A DNA stretch of 64,000 nt from Octopus vulgaris (lineage: Eukaryota), in assembly GCA_951406725.2 (NCBI GenBank), contig OX597821.1:76632001-76696000 (forward strand), written 5' to 3'. Shown piece after piece: positions 36,821-61,769 of this stretch (its first letter is position 1; every line of letters begins with the position of its first letter). Under the pieces are notes generated by a model. It was given only the letters and a program-made list of their open reading frames with translations, had not been told where the DNA came from and ran no database searches. The translations under genes and the position numbers were made by a program.

Positions 36821-37100
36821 ATGCTTTTGGTGCAAATGATTTTGTTATATGACGCCGTATTTTATAATCCTGTAAATAATAATAATGGTATTTTTCTATA
36901 AGGTTAAAGTTTATGGCGTTCACCAGGCAATGACTAAGGAAGATAGTCTAATAACGGGGCATATAAGCCCTCGACATTTTCATTAGTCATTGTATGGTGA
37001 ACAGCATAAGCTTTAAACTTATATAAAAATACTATTGTTATTATTTACAGGATTGTAAAATATTGGCACCGTATAATAAAGCCATTCGCACTGAAAGCAT
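36821..37100. repeat. Imperfect 280-bp palindrome
   Basis: Arms pair over most of their length, e.g. ATCCTGTAAATAATAA / TTATTATTTACAGGAT. Confidence 0.85.
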
Positions 37101-37224
37101 ATAGATATAAATCTTTTGTTAAATATATTCAATGAGAATATTATATACTGAATTTATATTGAGTGCTCTATTGTACAAAAGTATTAATACTTTTAAAGTA
37201 TTTATATATTTAATATGAGCGATT

Positions 37225-37653
37225 ATATATATTTTTTAATAATATATTATTATTACTATTAGGAAATCAATATCAGAACACCTCAGAAAGATATACACGT
37301 GTGAAAATAGTTGTTGTATTAAAAATGTATAAATAAATATGTAAAAAAATTTATGTAAGTATGTATAATTATAAATATATAATGTATATGACAGTTTAGA
37401 AGTTTTGAATTAATTATTTAAAACATCTTACGATGTGAAACGATCGTAAGAAGCTTTAAATAATTAATTGAAACTTTTAAACTGTCATATATATTATATA
37501 TTTATACTTATACATATTTACATATATTTTTATACATATTTATATTTATTTATTTTTAATACAACAACTATTTTTACACGTGTATATCTTTCTGAGGTGT
37601 TTTGATATTGATTTCCTAATATTAATAATAATATATTATTAAAAAATATATAT
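37225..37653. repeat. ~430-bp AT-rich palindrome
   Basis: Centre TCTTACGAT..ATCGTAAGA near 37438; ACACCTCAGAAAGATATACACGTGT is mirrored. Confidence 0.9.
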
Positions 37654-37660
37654 GCATCAT

Positions 37661-37707
<47 letters not shown>

Positions 37708-37914
37708 GCTTCTTTCAGTTTCCATCTATTAAATCCACTCACATGGCTTTGGTCAGCCCGAGGCCATAGTAGAAGACACTTGCCCAAGGTGCCACAAAGT
37801 GGGAATGAACCCCGAACCATATGGTTGGGAAGCAATAAAAATATATGCATTTTAATCCTGAGCAAGGCCAGGCATCTCTGCTAGTATATATAAAAATTAT
37901 TTCTAAATCTTTCA

Positions 37915-38791
<877 letters not shown>

Positions 38792-38794
<3 letters not shown>

Positions 38795-39209
38795 TACATA
38801 TTAAAACTGAAAATATGTATGTGTGTGTTTGTATCGGTATGTCTTCATTTTGCGCAAAAACGGCTTGACCAATTTTTCCTAAGCTTCACACACACATTGC
38901 TTATGTGTCTGGGGAGGTTTTAGGTATAAATTGATTTCGAAAAAATGTTCGGGTAAATGGCGGGAAGAATAACATTTGGGTGCAGTTGAACAGCGGGCAT
39001 AATTATTTTTAAGCTTCCAAGGGAAATAACCCATTCCCTCCTTCGTAAATTATTTGGTAAAAATGAAATTGAGTATACTTATTTCTTAGTATTTGAACTA
39101 TTTTAGTTAAGTATTCTCCTAAACAATAGATCCGCTTATTTCGGTTAGTGACTTATTCACGAATAGCACTGCTGAGGGTAATTTTCTCTGGGAATGCACA
39201 AAAGCCTTT
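38792..39209 (+). mobile_element. Helitron-like 5' fragment, copy 2
   Basis: One difference seen versus 35690-36107. Confidence 0.55.
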
Positions 39210-40311
<1,102 letters not shown>

Positions 40312-40315
<4 letters not shown>

Positions 40316-42805
40316 TGATTGATTGATTGATTGATTCCAGTTTCAGCTTATGAGCTGTGGCCATGCTGGGGCACCGCCATTTGGTGTTGCTACTTGCTTT
40401 CACTTCATGGAGGCTTTCTAGCAACTGCTATTTGGTGCATGAGAGAGTTCGATGCAGCTGCCCTCATCTGCCCCTCCTGCCGTGAAGTTGGTTCATCTGG
40501 GACACCTGACAGGAAGAGATCCAGCTCCATTTTAAAGACATCTGTATCCACCCCATGCAGGTCTCTCAGGTTCATCGGGAGGATATTGAAGAGCTGTGGG
40601 CCTCGGAAGCCCAGGCTATCACAGAATCTTGTCCTACATCTTGATGGCAAGTTTGGAGTCCTAGGCACCACGCAGTGGCGCCCAGTTCTGGCGTTTGCGT
40701 AACTCTCGATGCCAAAGTTCAGGACACTTCCCTCCAGGATCTTCCAGATGTATATTATGGCATATCTTTCCCGCCTAAGCTCCAGGGAATATAATTTTAA
40801 TCTCTTGAGTCTTTCCCAGTAGCTTACATTCTGCATAGAGGCTATCTTCTTCGTGTAGCTTCGTTGGATCGCCTCAAGTTCTGTGATCAACTTGACACTG
40901 GATGGTGACCATAGCTGAGAGCAATAGTCAAAGTGACTTAGGACAAGTGTCTTCCAGAGGACCATCATGGTTTCTTGTTCTCTTGTTCTAAAGGTTCTAA
41001 GAATCCATCCAGCCAGCCGTCTGCATTTCACTGTCAGTTTAGCAACATGTACATGAAAGGTCGCGTCATCACTCATGTGAATACCCAGGTCACGCACTGA
41101 TTGTGCCTCTGGGATTGCAATCCCTCCGGGTCCAGTGTATTCCTTGGGTATTGCATTCAGTTTTGCATGCTGATAGTATAAAGCTTGAAACTTTTCAGCA
41201 TTGAACTGCATGCTATTCTTTTCAGCCCACTTGTATATTTCGTCCAGATCATATTGCAGGTGCCTAGTGTCTTCAGGGTTCTGTATTGCCTGTGAAACTT
41301 TTGTATCATCTGCATAACTTGTGATCGTGGCTCTCCGCGTGGCTGAGGGCATGTCTGAGAGGGCCATTATGAACAGTAGTGGTCCCAAAACAGTGCCCTG
41401 TGGAACACCGCTCACTATTTGCGTGCTAATGGAAGTGGCCCCATTGGCTACTACCACCTGACTTCTATTCTTCAGAAAGTCGTGAAGCCATTCTCCTAGT
41501 TTTCCAACTATGCCAAGATCACGCAGTTTGTGACATATCATTCCATGATCGACTTTATCGAAGGCCTTTGCGAAGTCGAGATATATGACTTCCACATTTG
41601 AGTGGTTGAGCAGTTGTTTCAGCACCCAGTCATAGTGCTGCAGGAGCTGAGTTAAGCAGCTTCTTCCTGGTCGGAAACCATGTTGGGTGTCAGGCAGCAA
41701 GTCATTTTCTTCAAGGAAGGTGATTAGTTTCCTTCTGACTATTCGTTCCATGACCTTGCTGATGTGTGAGGTCAGAGAGATAGGTCTGTAGTTCTTGGCC
41801 TCCGCTCTGCTACCTCCTTTATGAATAGGGCATATTTTACCTTCCTTCAGTTTTCTTGGAAGTTTGCCAGCTGCAAGGAAGCTCTGAAAGAGGAACTGCA
41901 GTGGTCTTGCTAAGACTCTCTTACATACTTTTAGGAGGATTGCCGGGAATCCATCGGGGCCAATAGCTGAGTCTATTTTCATTTCATCTATAGCCTTTAT
42001 TACATCGTCTTCCTTTATATCGATGTAATTTAACGTCGCCGCCTCTGATTCTATATCTGCAGTGGTAAAAAAGTCAGTTGGATTGCTGATTTGGAAATGC
42101 CCAAGGGGTGGAGTGAAAACACTCTTGAATTGTTCATTCAGTATTTCACTTACCCTCATTGGTTTTCCTGTGAGTGTGCCATCCTTTTCAAGGAGTGGCC
42201 CTATCCTACAGTGCACCATAGCTGTTTCTTTGGCATACCTGTAGAAAGCTCTGGGGTTAGTTTTTATGTTGTCTATAGCCCAGGCTTCTTTGTCTGCTCT
42301 TTCCTTCTCATGGGAGAGTTGCAGACAATTTTCAATTTCCAACAGTTTTATTTTCAGGCGGGACTTTTCACTGCTTTCAATTTGTTTGTTTAGGCGATTT
42401 GAGATTTTTGTGCGCCGTCTCATTAAAATTTTTCTCTTTCTGGGGATTTTGTTCTTGTGTACAGTGGCCTTTCTCTCTGGGACACATTTGTAGCATATGG
42501 CTTGCATTACAGACATGAATTGTTGAAGTATCATGTCGATGTCCGGCGAGGCGAGACATTCAGGCCAGTTTTGTTTGAGGATCTCTTTCTCAATTTGTTT
42601 CCAGTTTGCCTTATTGAAGTTCAAGCTGGAAAGATTCTGAGGGTTTCTTGTAGGCTGCATGTCCGTGCTCTCTTTTGGCCCGTACATGGTCAGCTCTACC
42701 ATGTTGTGATCCGAGAGTAGTGTCGGTGTCACTTTCACATTATGGATGAGATCCATATTATTTGTGAAGCAGAGATCCAGTGTGTTACCCGCTCTGGTTG
42801 GTTGG
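40312..42805 (-). mobile_element. Young 5'-truncated CR1/L2-group LINE; uninterrupted ORF2 remnant of ~800 aa (40405-42805)
   Basis: [10 protein letters not shown] (end of APE), [41 protein letters not shown]; short 3' UTR and (TCAA)n tail. Confidence 0.93.
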
Positions 42806-45536
<2,731 letters not shown>

Positions 45537-46465
45537 TATTTCTAAATTTCTCAAAGACACACATTCAGTAACAATTCTTCGATTCAGTAAAATTCTTCGA
45601 AGTAAAGGGTATTTGCCAACATAATGTGACTGTCCCGAAGGGAACGATGTTACTGTTGTTTTAACCCTAAGAAACATCGTTTCTAGCTGGCTGTATGACA
45701 CACTAAGGATACAGATAGTGTGTCATATTGCCTGCTGGAAATAATGTTTCTTGGGGCAGTAACATTGTCCATTTTGCAACAGCCACATTACATTGGCAAA
45801 CAGCTTATATATATATATATATATATATATTTATACACGCACACACATATACATACATGATAGTGCCATGTAAAACCTCTAGTGCCAGTGCCTCATTAAA
45901 AACACCCAGCACACTCTGTAAAGTGGTTGGCGTTAGGAAAGGCATGTGAGTGTAGAAACCAGGCCAAATCAGACTCGAACCTGATGCAGCTCTCCAGCAC
46001 GTCAGCTGTGATCAAAACATCCATCCCATGCCAACATGGAAAATAGATGTTAAAGGATGATGATAATGATATAATATATATATATATATATGTATGTATG
46101 TGTGTGTATGTATGTATGTTGGTATGTATGTATGTATATATATATATATAAAGATATTATTATTATCATTGAGTGAAAGAGCAGTGCATGCCATCAAAGT
46201 GACACTGGGGTAAAATATACGAAGCCCAGTATACCCATCATGACTACCTGTCTGATAAGGGTACACCAGGCACATGCATCACAACCATATGTGTGCAACA
46301 TGGTGATCTCTTATCAAGATAAACAATGCATGACCTTGCAGGTGGGGCCCAGTTAGAAATTTCTTCTGGTCGAGTAGCCCATCCCGCTCAAAAGGTCCCT
46401 GAATAAGGGTTGTTTAAGGATTTTGAACGAAACACCCATGTTTCCAAAGGTGAATTATACAAACC

Positions 46466-46504
<39 letters not shown>

Positions 46505-46505
<1 letters not shown>

Positions 46506-46911
46506 TTATCTTTTTTTTTCTTTTTAAATAAAATATGGTTCGTTTTCTTCTGCTGAACTGGGATCATCCCTGAACCCTAGGGTCACAGCAGGTCCTCATC
46601 TTATGGAGAGTACACGGCACAAAATGTGTGCGGAACCTAGCAACACTATTTCCTGAAGTTCTCCCACATTAACACTACAAGGGAGTTTGTTGAGTTGCCT
46701 ATCAAGGCCCTTTTTAATTAGCCCTAATGCTCCAATCACCACTGGTGCTGTGCTGCTTTTCATTCCCCACATCTTGGTCACTTCTATTTCTAGATCTTTC
46801 TACTTAAATAACTTCTCAACTTCTTTAATGGACTCATTTCTCTCTGATGGTACTGTCACATCTATCATTAAGCATTTCTCATTCTTCCCATCTTTGATGA
46901 TTATGTCCGGC

Positions 46912-46912
<1 letters not shown>
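46505..46912 (-). mobile_element. R4/Dong 3' fragment
   Basis: PDIIIKD..MIDVTVP..KMWGMK..PVVIGALG; (TTA)n on both sides. Confidence 0.75.
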
Positions 46913-46959
<47 letters not shown>

Positions 46960-47068
46960 CATTATTATTATCATTATTATTATTATTAATGAATAAGAAC
47001 AACAATGATATAGGTAGCCAGCAAGCATTACAGCCAAAAAGCCAAATTTATAAATTTATAATTAATAA

Positions 47069-49020
47069 CATTGTACAACAATGATTTTGCCACAGAGAAG
47101 AGAACATCATTTTCTGGAACAGTTTTTACCATAGATAACGAAAATGAACTCCATTTTTCATGAAATGATTCCAGTGATTCGTAAAATGGGCTGTCACTAA
47201 ATGGTGTGGTTTTGCTAGAAAGTGAGCCATTTTCTGTGAAAATAACTTTTTTTTCCTAGAATTAAAGTGAGTTTTTTGCAAAATGGGCTGTTATTAATAA
47301 TAAATACGTTATTTGCATCTTTTATTAACAGAAGTACAGTATTTATGTTTCTTTCTCTGTATAGCATCAGGTCTATCTCTCTGAAGAAACCATCAAAAGT
47401 CAGCAGGCATGGCGGGACTCAACTTACGTCTTGGTGGAATCTCTCACCATGTTCGTCGCTGACGTCTGCTGCATTCTGAAGAAATAATGCTAGATGCGAA
47501 TGCAAATTGTGAACTTTTAATGACATATTACACCCTAATGATTTGTACGAATCAATCAACTCTTCTAAAAATTCTTCATAGTTGGCTGCTCTGGACTTCC
47601 CAAGTAGACCATTACATACGCTTCTGTAACTTTGCCATGCATCCAATTCCAATACATTTAAGGTGTTTTCAAAATTATCTTCTGTCAAAAGTTGCCAAAT
47701 TTGGGGACCAACAAATACCCTTTCTTTGACTTTCACTTGGCTTAATTTGGGAAACATAGTCTTCAAGTACAAAAATGGTGGCTCTTCTAGATTTAATTTC
47801 TTAACAAACTATTCAATAAGGCCTGATTTAATATGTAATGGGAGCAAAATTATTTTCTCCTTGGGAACCAGTGGTTCACGTATAACATTATGTGAACCAA
47901 TTTCTAACTCATTTCTCAATGACCATTCACTACGGATGTATTGCTCTTCCCGAGTACGACCATGCCATTGACACAAAAAGCACATGTACTTAGTGAACCC
48001 AGCCTGTAAGCCACTTCAATCACTAAGATTTACAAGTATGCACAAATCAGCCATTTATGCTCATTATATCTTTTACAACCTAATATGAATAATAAATTTT
48101 TGTACATTTCCTTTAGGACGGCAGAATGAGCTACAGGAATTGACTGAAGTTTATTACCTGTGTGCAGTAGCACAGCTTTAGTATTATAACCCAAAGTGTT
48201 TATGAATAGCCCTTACTCACTTGGGTCGTAATTTAAGCCAAGCTCTTCATTGAGACCTAATATGTTGTTACTATAACACAAGCTGCCTTAATTTCAAATT
48301 TTTCTATTAAACCATCTGTATGGCTTCAAAATTTTGTAATTCTGACATTTTGAGTTACCAAGTTTCTTTTCTTTAACCTAGAAGCCAGTAACTCACTCTA
48401 CATTTTCGTTAATCCCAAATCCTGAACAAGATCATTTAACTCATCCTGTGCTAGAGGTTTCGGTGTGGACTATTCTGATGCAGGCACATATAACTCATCT
48501 TGTTCACAATTCTCTTCTGATTCACTAGTATAAGATAAAACCAATTTTGTGGGTACCGCAGGTATCAGAACACTGGCAGAATGAGGTACAGGTGGATTTC
48601 AGATTTGGATACACCACCAACAATGCACTTGTCGTTGTCATACCTGTTAAGAAAATAAATAATATTATAGCATTTCTTATATTTAATATATCGAATAGAA
48701 ATAAATATATTTAGATAAATATATGCTGGGTTTAATACAAATAAAAACACACTTTTATCATCTACAAGACAGAAAGAGCAGTCAGAGTGGTGGTCTTGTA
48801 GCTCATGCCAAATCATTGGAATGCCAAACTGCAGACTTCTTGACTTTCCCAAAGACCGTTTTGGAAGACCATTGGTACATGTTGTGCAACAGATATATGG
48901 TGCCCAACTTTTATCTTGGTCTCCTATCTTGACACCAAAATATAAGTAATACTGTTTTTTTACCAATGGCATAATATTTCTTGCATTCTTCTGGAATGTC
49001 ACAGCACCACAGGTATAACA
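47069..49020 (-). mobile_element. Degraded Chapaev3 (CMC) DNA transposon
   Basis: YFGVKIGDQDKSWAP..C..C..PMIW..DHHSDCSFC; FPKLS..VFVGPQI; CNMSLKVH.LHSHL..VSDEHGERFHQD; terminus TAA|CATTGTACAACAA. Confidence 0.85.
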
Positions 49021-49024
49021 AAAT

Positions 49025-49838
49025 TTGTCTAGCCAGTCTAGGTGGCGCTGGTATCGGCCACGTTCGGATGGTGCTTTTTACATGCCACCGGCACAGGTTT
49101 CACAACTGCAGTTTCCATTGATTTTTGATGTTGATGTACTTGACTCAATGGATCTCCTCAAGCACAGGGTCAAAACGGTGTTTCTTTACTTGCTATCTGC
49201 ACAGGAGTCCGTACAGCGGCCCTGGCAACTGCCTGGTGCCAGTCATAGGATTGGTCCAATTTTGAATTCGATTTCGACTTCGCTTGCCTCAACAGGTCTT
49301 TGTGTGTCCAAGGAAGGAAAGGCATGCATACATGGGCTGGCTACATCCCTGGCAAGGGACACGGGATGGACTCACTTGCCTTGCTGGGTCTTCTCAAGCA
49401 CAGCATATTTCCAATGGTCTTGGTCACTAGTCATTGTCTCAGTGAGGCCTAAAGTTCGAAGGTCGTGCTTCACCACCTCGTCCCAGGTTTTCATGGGTCT
49501 ACCTCTTCCACGGGTTCCCTCAACTGCTAGGGATTGGCACTTTTTCACACACCTATCTTCATCCATTCTCGCCACGTGACCATACCAGCGCAATCGTCTC
49601 TCTTGCACACCACAGCTGATGCTTCTTAGGTCCAATGTTTCTCTCAAGGTACTTACACTCTGTCGAGTGTGTACACTGACATTAACATCCATCGGAGCAT
49701 ACTGGCTTCATTCCTCATGAGCTTACGCATGTCCTCAGCAGTCACAGCCCATGTTTCACTGCCATGTAGCATGGCTGTTCGTACACATGCATCATACAAT
49801 CTGCCTTTTACTCTGAGCGAGATGCCTTTAGTCACCAT
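49025..49838 (-). mobile_element. RTE LINE 3' fragment
   Basis: VKGRLYDACVRTAMLHGSETW; RRLRWYGHV. Confidence 0.88.
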
Positions 49839-50065
49839 GCATACATATATATATATACATATATATATATATACATATATATGTATACATCATCATCATT
49901 TAACGTCCGCTTTCCATGCTAGCATGGGTTGGATGATTTGATTGAGGTCTGGCAAACCAGATGGCTGCACCAGACTCCAATCTGATCTGGTAGAGTTTCC
50001 ACAGCTGGATGCCCTTCCTAACGCCAACCACTGCGAGAGTGTAGTGGGTGCTTTTTACATGCCAC

Positions 50066-50866
50066 TCAAGCTGCTTGCAGTAGATCTTTGTTATCATTTG
50101 GTTTGAGTTTAAAAGTTCAAAGTCAACTAAACCTTTCATATCCCACCAAACACATAACAACACCTTACATAGGTGAAGACCTTCTTTAGCCTGGAGGAGC
50201 CAGTGTTTCTCCTTTCCCTACCCACTGTCTTTGGTACTTGATATTTTTATAGAGAACCCATTTTTCATCACCAGTCACTATTCAGTCCAAAAAAGGTTCA
50301 TTCATGAGATGTGACAGAAAAGAAGAGCGCACATTCACTCTCTGAGTGTGATTAGATTCAGAAAATTTGTGAGGAACCCATTGAGTCAATTTGCTGACTT
50401 TTCCAATGGCACTCAGGTGTCGATGAATGGTTGAATAACCAAATCCAAGCTCCTCTGCTATTTCTTCAACAGTTACAATGGGATTTTGTTCCACCAGGGT
50501 TTGCAGGATGTTCTTGTCGAACCCTACAGATCATCGAGGACAAGGCTCATCTAGGCTATAGTTTCTGGCTCGAAATTTCTGGAACCATTGTTCACACTGG
50601 CTTGCACTTTTTTCCGATCCCCATACACTGCATTAATATTCCTCACATTTTCCATTGCATTATTGCCTTTATTGCATTCATAAAGCAAAATATGCCAAAT
50701 ATGCTCCTTTTTCACTTCCATTGTATCTTTGAAAAGAATAACTTAAAATCGAACTGCACTCTTCAAAACTTGCACTAAAAATAAGCGGGTAGTTTATCCC
50801 ATCCCCCTCTGGCTTTTAGTTTTTGCAATTGAAAAAAACCCGGGCATTATTTATGGAATGACTTAA
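50066..50866 (-). mobile_element. Mariner element 5' part (degraded transposase)
   Basis: TA|TTAAGTCATTCCATAAATAATGCC terminus; WVPH, IVTGDEKW, LLCVWWDMKG motifs. Confidence 0.85.
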
Positions 50867-50899
50867 TACATATCTATACACATACATCATATATATATA

Positions 50900-50937
<38 letters not shown>

Positions 50938-51285
50938 CGGTGTGTTCTGTTAAGAATATATTAGAGTACAAATAGAGCTTGTTCACCCTTAGAATTCCCA
51001 AATAGCCAGTAGAATTATTATGGTATGCTACCGATTCTAGTCAAGGATGTTGTAGCATGGAAATCTAGATTTACTTACAGAGACAGCATTTGAATATCAC
51101 CTGAGGAGATACATATAGATCTTCTTATACAGGTAAATCGTTACATAATTTAATTTAAACTTAACTTTAAATCCTGTATATACAAGGTTCCGTACGCATC
51201 AAAACATTTGTAGTGATTATTAAAAAGCTGTCTAGCCATATTTACTCTTCCTTTTGACTTTTTGACTTTCTACTTTATATATATA

Positions 51286-51460
51286 TATATAAGAATTTTT
51301 TGTGTAATAAGATAAAAGAAACCAAGGCTGTATAGATATTAGAGCATTTATAGATAGAAGGTCTTACAGTTGTTTCTAGGATATAAGATCTTCTATCTAT
51401 AAATGCTCTAATATCTAATATGGTTTTTTTTTATCTTATTACGCAAAAAATTCTTATATA
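51286..51460. repeat. 175-bp palindrome
   Basis: AGATATTAGAGCATTTATAGATAGAAG / CTTCTATCTATAAATGCTCTAATATCT. Confidence 0.9.
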
Positions 51461-51600
51461 CACACGCTGACATACAACCAACATTGAACCCCTTATTCGC
51501 AAAATTACCGAATCTGGAACTTGACTATGATCTGCCTATAGCACTTATTCAGCATTACCTGACACCTTTGGGTCTCAATGACACCATTATCTCTTATATA

Positions 51601-51640
<40 letters not shown>

Positions 51641-51671
51641 TACATATACATATACATATATATATACATAT

Positions 51672-51774
<103 letters not shown>

Positions 51775-51783
51775 TATACATAC

Positions 51784-51850
<67 letters not shown>

Positions 51851-51887
51851 TATATACATATACATATTTACATATATATATATATAC

Positions 51888-52084
<197 letters not shown>

Positions 52085-52238
52085 CACACACATACATATA
52101 TATACACACACACGTATCTGGCTTCCTTCAGTTTTCAACTACTAAATCCTCTCACAAGACTTGTCAGCCAAGGTTTAGAGTGGAATACACTTGCTCAAAG
52201 TGTGGACTCACATGCATACACACACGCATGCATGCACG

Positions 52239-52277
<39 letters not shown>

Positions 52278-52317
52278 TATTGTTTCTTGACTAAATAAGA
52301 TTTCATTTATTTTACAG

Positions 52318-52346
52318 ATTTTATTCAGTTGGGCAGTGTAGAAATG
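52318..52346 (+). CDS. Candidate 29-nt micro-exon (N)FIQLGSVEM
   Basis: TGACTAA branch-like site, ATTTATTTTACAG| acceptor, ATG|GTAAGT donor; phase-compatible with the exon ending at 31719. Confidence 0.55.
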
Positions 52347-52878
52347 GTAAGTTTTACACATTTGTAATCATTTTTGTCAAATTTCAGTATTGAAATTCTT
52401 TTAAGAAATTAAGGTCAGAGTCATGATAATTGTTGATTTTAACTTGTCTTCAGCAACTGTGACTGACCACACCCATGACTGAAGGCGTTTCAGCTGTGAC
52501 TGCCTCCACTCTTTAGAATATATCTAAAACAATGTCTTGTTTGATTGACTGTGTGTTTTAAATGTGCCATTCCCTTATTTAGAAATCAAGGAATGATTCA
52601 GAAGGGGACATAGCTTCTATTCCTTGCTGGTCAACCAATCACTTCTCAACTCCATCATTGGCTGAAACTTGGTATGCTGGTTTCAAATTTTAGCTGAAGG
52701 CCAGCAGTTTTGAGGGAGGAGCCAAGTTGATTTTATCAACCGTGAAAGGATAAAAGGTAGAAAAGACCTTGGTAGAATTTGAACTCAGAACGAAAAGACA
52801 AATGAAATGCTGGTTAGCACTTTGCGTGGAATGCTAACACCGTTGTCAGCTCACCGCCTTAGAAGCTTGATATATTGA

Positions 52879-52978
52879 NNNNNNNNNNNNNNNNNNNNNN
52901 NNNNNNNNNNNNNNNNNNNNNNNNNNNNNNNNNNNNNNNNNNNNNNNNNNNNNNNNNNNNNNNNNNNNNNNNNNNNNN
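52879..52978. other. Assembly gap (100 N)
   Basis: Run of N. Confidence 1.
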
Positions 52979-60320
<7,342 letters not shown>

Positions 60321-60344
60321 GATTGTTTCATGATCAATTGGTAA

Positions 60345-60385
<41 letters not shown>

Positions 60386-60402
60386 CTGTTTCCCCCTCTG
60401 TC

Positions 60403-60437
<35 letters not shown>

Positions 60438-61012
60438 GTCTCTGTATCTCTCTCCCTCTGTCTCTCTCTCTCTCTCTCTCTCTGTCAGTCTGTTTCCCCC
60501 TCTGTCTCTGTCTGTCTGTCTGTCTGTCTCTCTCTGTCTCTGTATCTCTCTCCCTCTGTCTCTCTCTCCCTCCCTCTGTCTATCTCTGTCTATCTCTGTC
60601 TCTCTCTCTCTGTCTCCCTCTCACTCTGTCTCTGTCTGTCTCTCTCTCCCTCTGTCTCTATCTGTCTCTCTCCCTCTGTCTCTGACTGTCTCTCCCTCTT
60701 TCTGTCTCTCTCTGTGTCTCTGTCTATCTCTGTCTCTGTCTGTCTCTCTCTCGCTCTTTCTGTCTCTCTCTCTGTCTCTGTCTATCTCTGTCTCTGTCTG
60801 TCTCTCTCCCTCTGTCTGTGACTGTTTCTCTCTCTCTGTCTCCCTCTCACTCTGTCTCTGTCTGTCTCTTTCTCCCTCTGTCTCTGTCTGTCTCTCTTTC
60901 TCTCTGTCTCTGTCTGTCTGTCTCTCCCTCTGTCTCTGTCTGTCTGTCTCTCCCTCCCCCTCTGTCTGTCTGTCTCTCCCTCCCCCTCTGTCTGTCTGTC
61001 TCTCTCTCTCTG
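60345..61012. repeat. (CT)n/(CTGT)n polypyrimidine microsatellite
   Basis: Direct reading. Confidence 0.95.
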
Positions 61013-61732
61013 CTCTTTCTAGCTACTTAAGCCATCACAGAATCTTTCCTCATTGCCTCATTGAATTGGACACTTGTAAGAACACAGCTTTTTAAAATTT
61101 CAGTTCCAAATGATATAATAAACAAAAGTCTGATGAAAGTACCTCTGATCTTCCCTGGCAAAAAATATTTAGTAAAAATTCACCAAAACTTCAAAGATTT
61201 TCTGTTATGAAAGGAATCCATCATCATCATTATCATCATCATTTAACATTTGCTTTTCCATGCTGGCATGGGTTGAACAATTTGACAGGACCCAGTGAGC
61301 TGCAGGGCTGCATTGAGCTCCAGTGTCAGCTTTTGCATGGTTTCTACGGTTGATATCAACCACCTTATAAAAGGTGTTGGATGCTTTTTTGGTGTGACTG
61401 TCACCGGTGAAGGTGCCAAATAACTCACAAGACAGAAGAAGGACAGGGAAAGGCCAAAGGAAAAGCCTCCTTGGCCATGGATTTTAGCTGTGATATTTGA
61501 GAAGCGGTGGAGTTGATGGAGTCGTGCCAGGTGTTGGGAAGTTAAAATGCACAAAAAAATGGCATTTTTAATGTTTATGGTATCTCTGAGCAAGTTGATT
61601 TGAAGAATGCAGAGAAAGGGAAGAAATAAGCAAAGGTGGGCAACATTAATCGAAAAGTTAACTTCATTAACCATTAATTCGTTAACGAAAAAATCAACTT
61701 TGATAACTGTCAATCAATTAATTCTTTTAAAA

Positions 61733-61769
61733 CTATTGAAAAGGTTGCAAGACGCAATGAAAATTTTAG
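61733..61769 (+). ncRNA. Decayed minimal hammerhead motif
   Basis: CTA-TTGAAAA-G-GTTGC-AAGAC-GCAAT-GAAAATTT-TAG; stems intact, two core substitutions. Confidence 0.4.

Noticed and set aside
51081-51132. AG..GT-bounded 52-nt candidate exon
   Set aside because: Stops in all three frames
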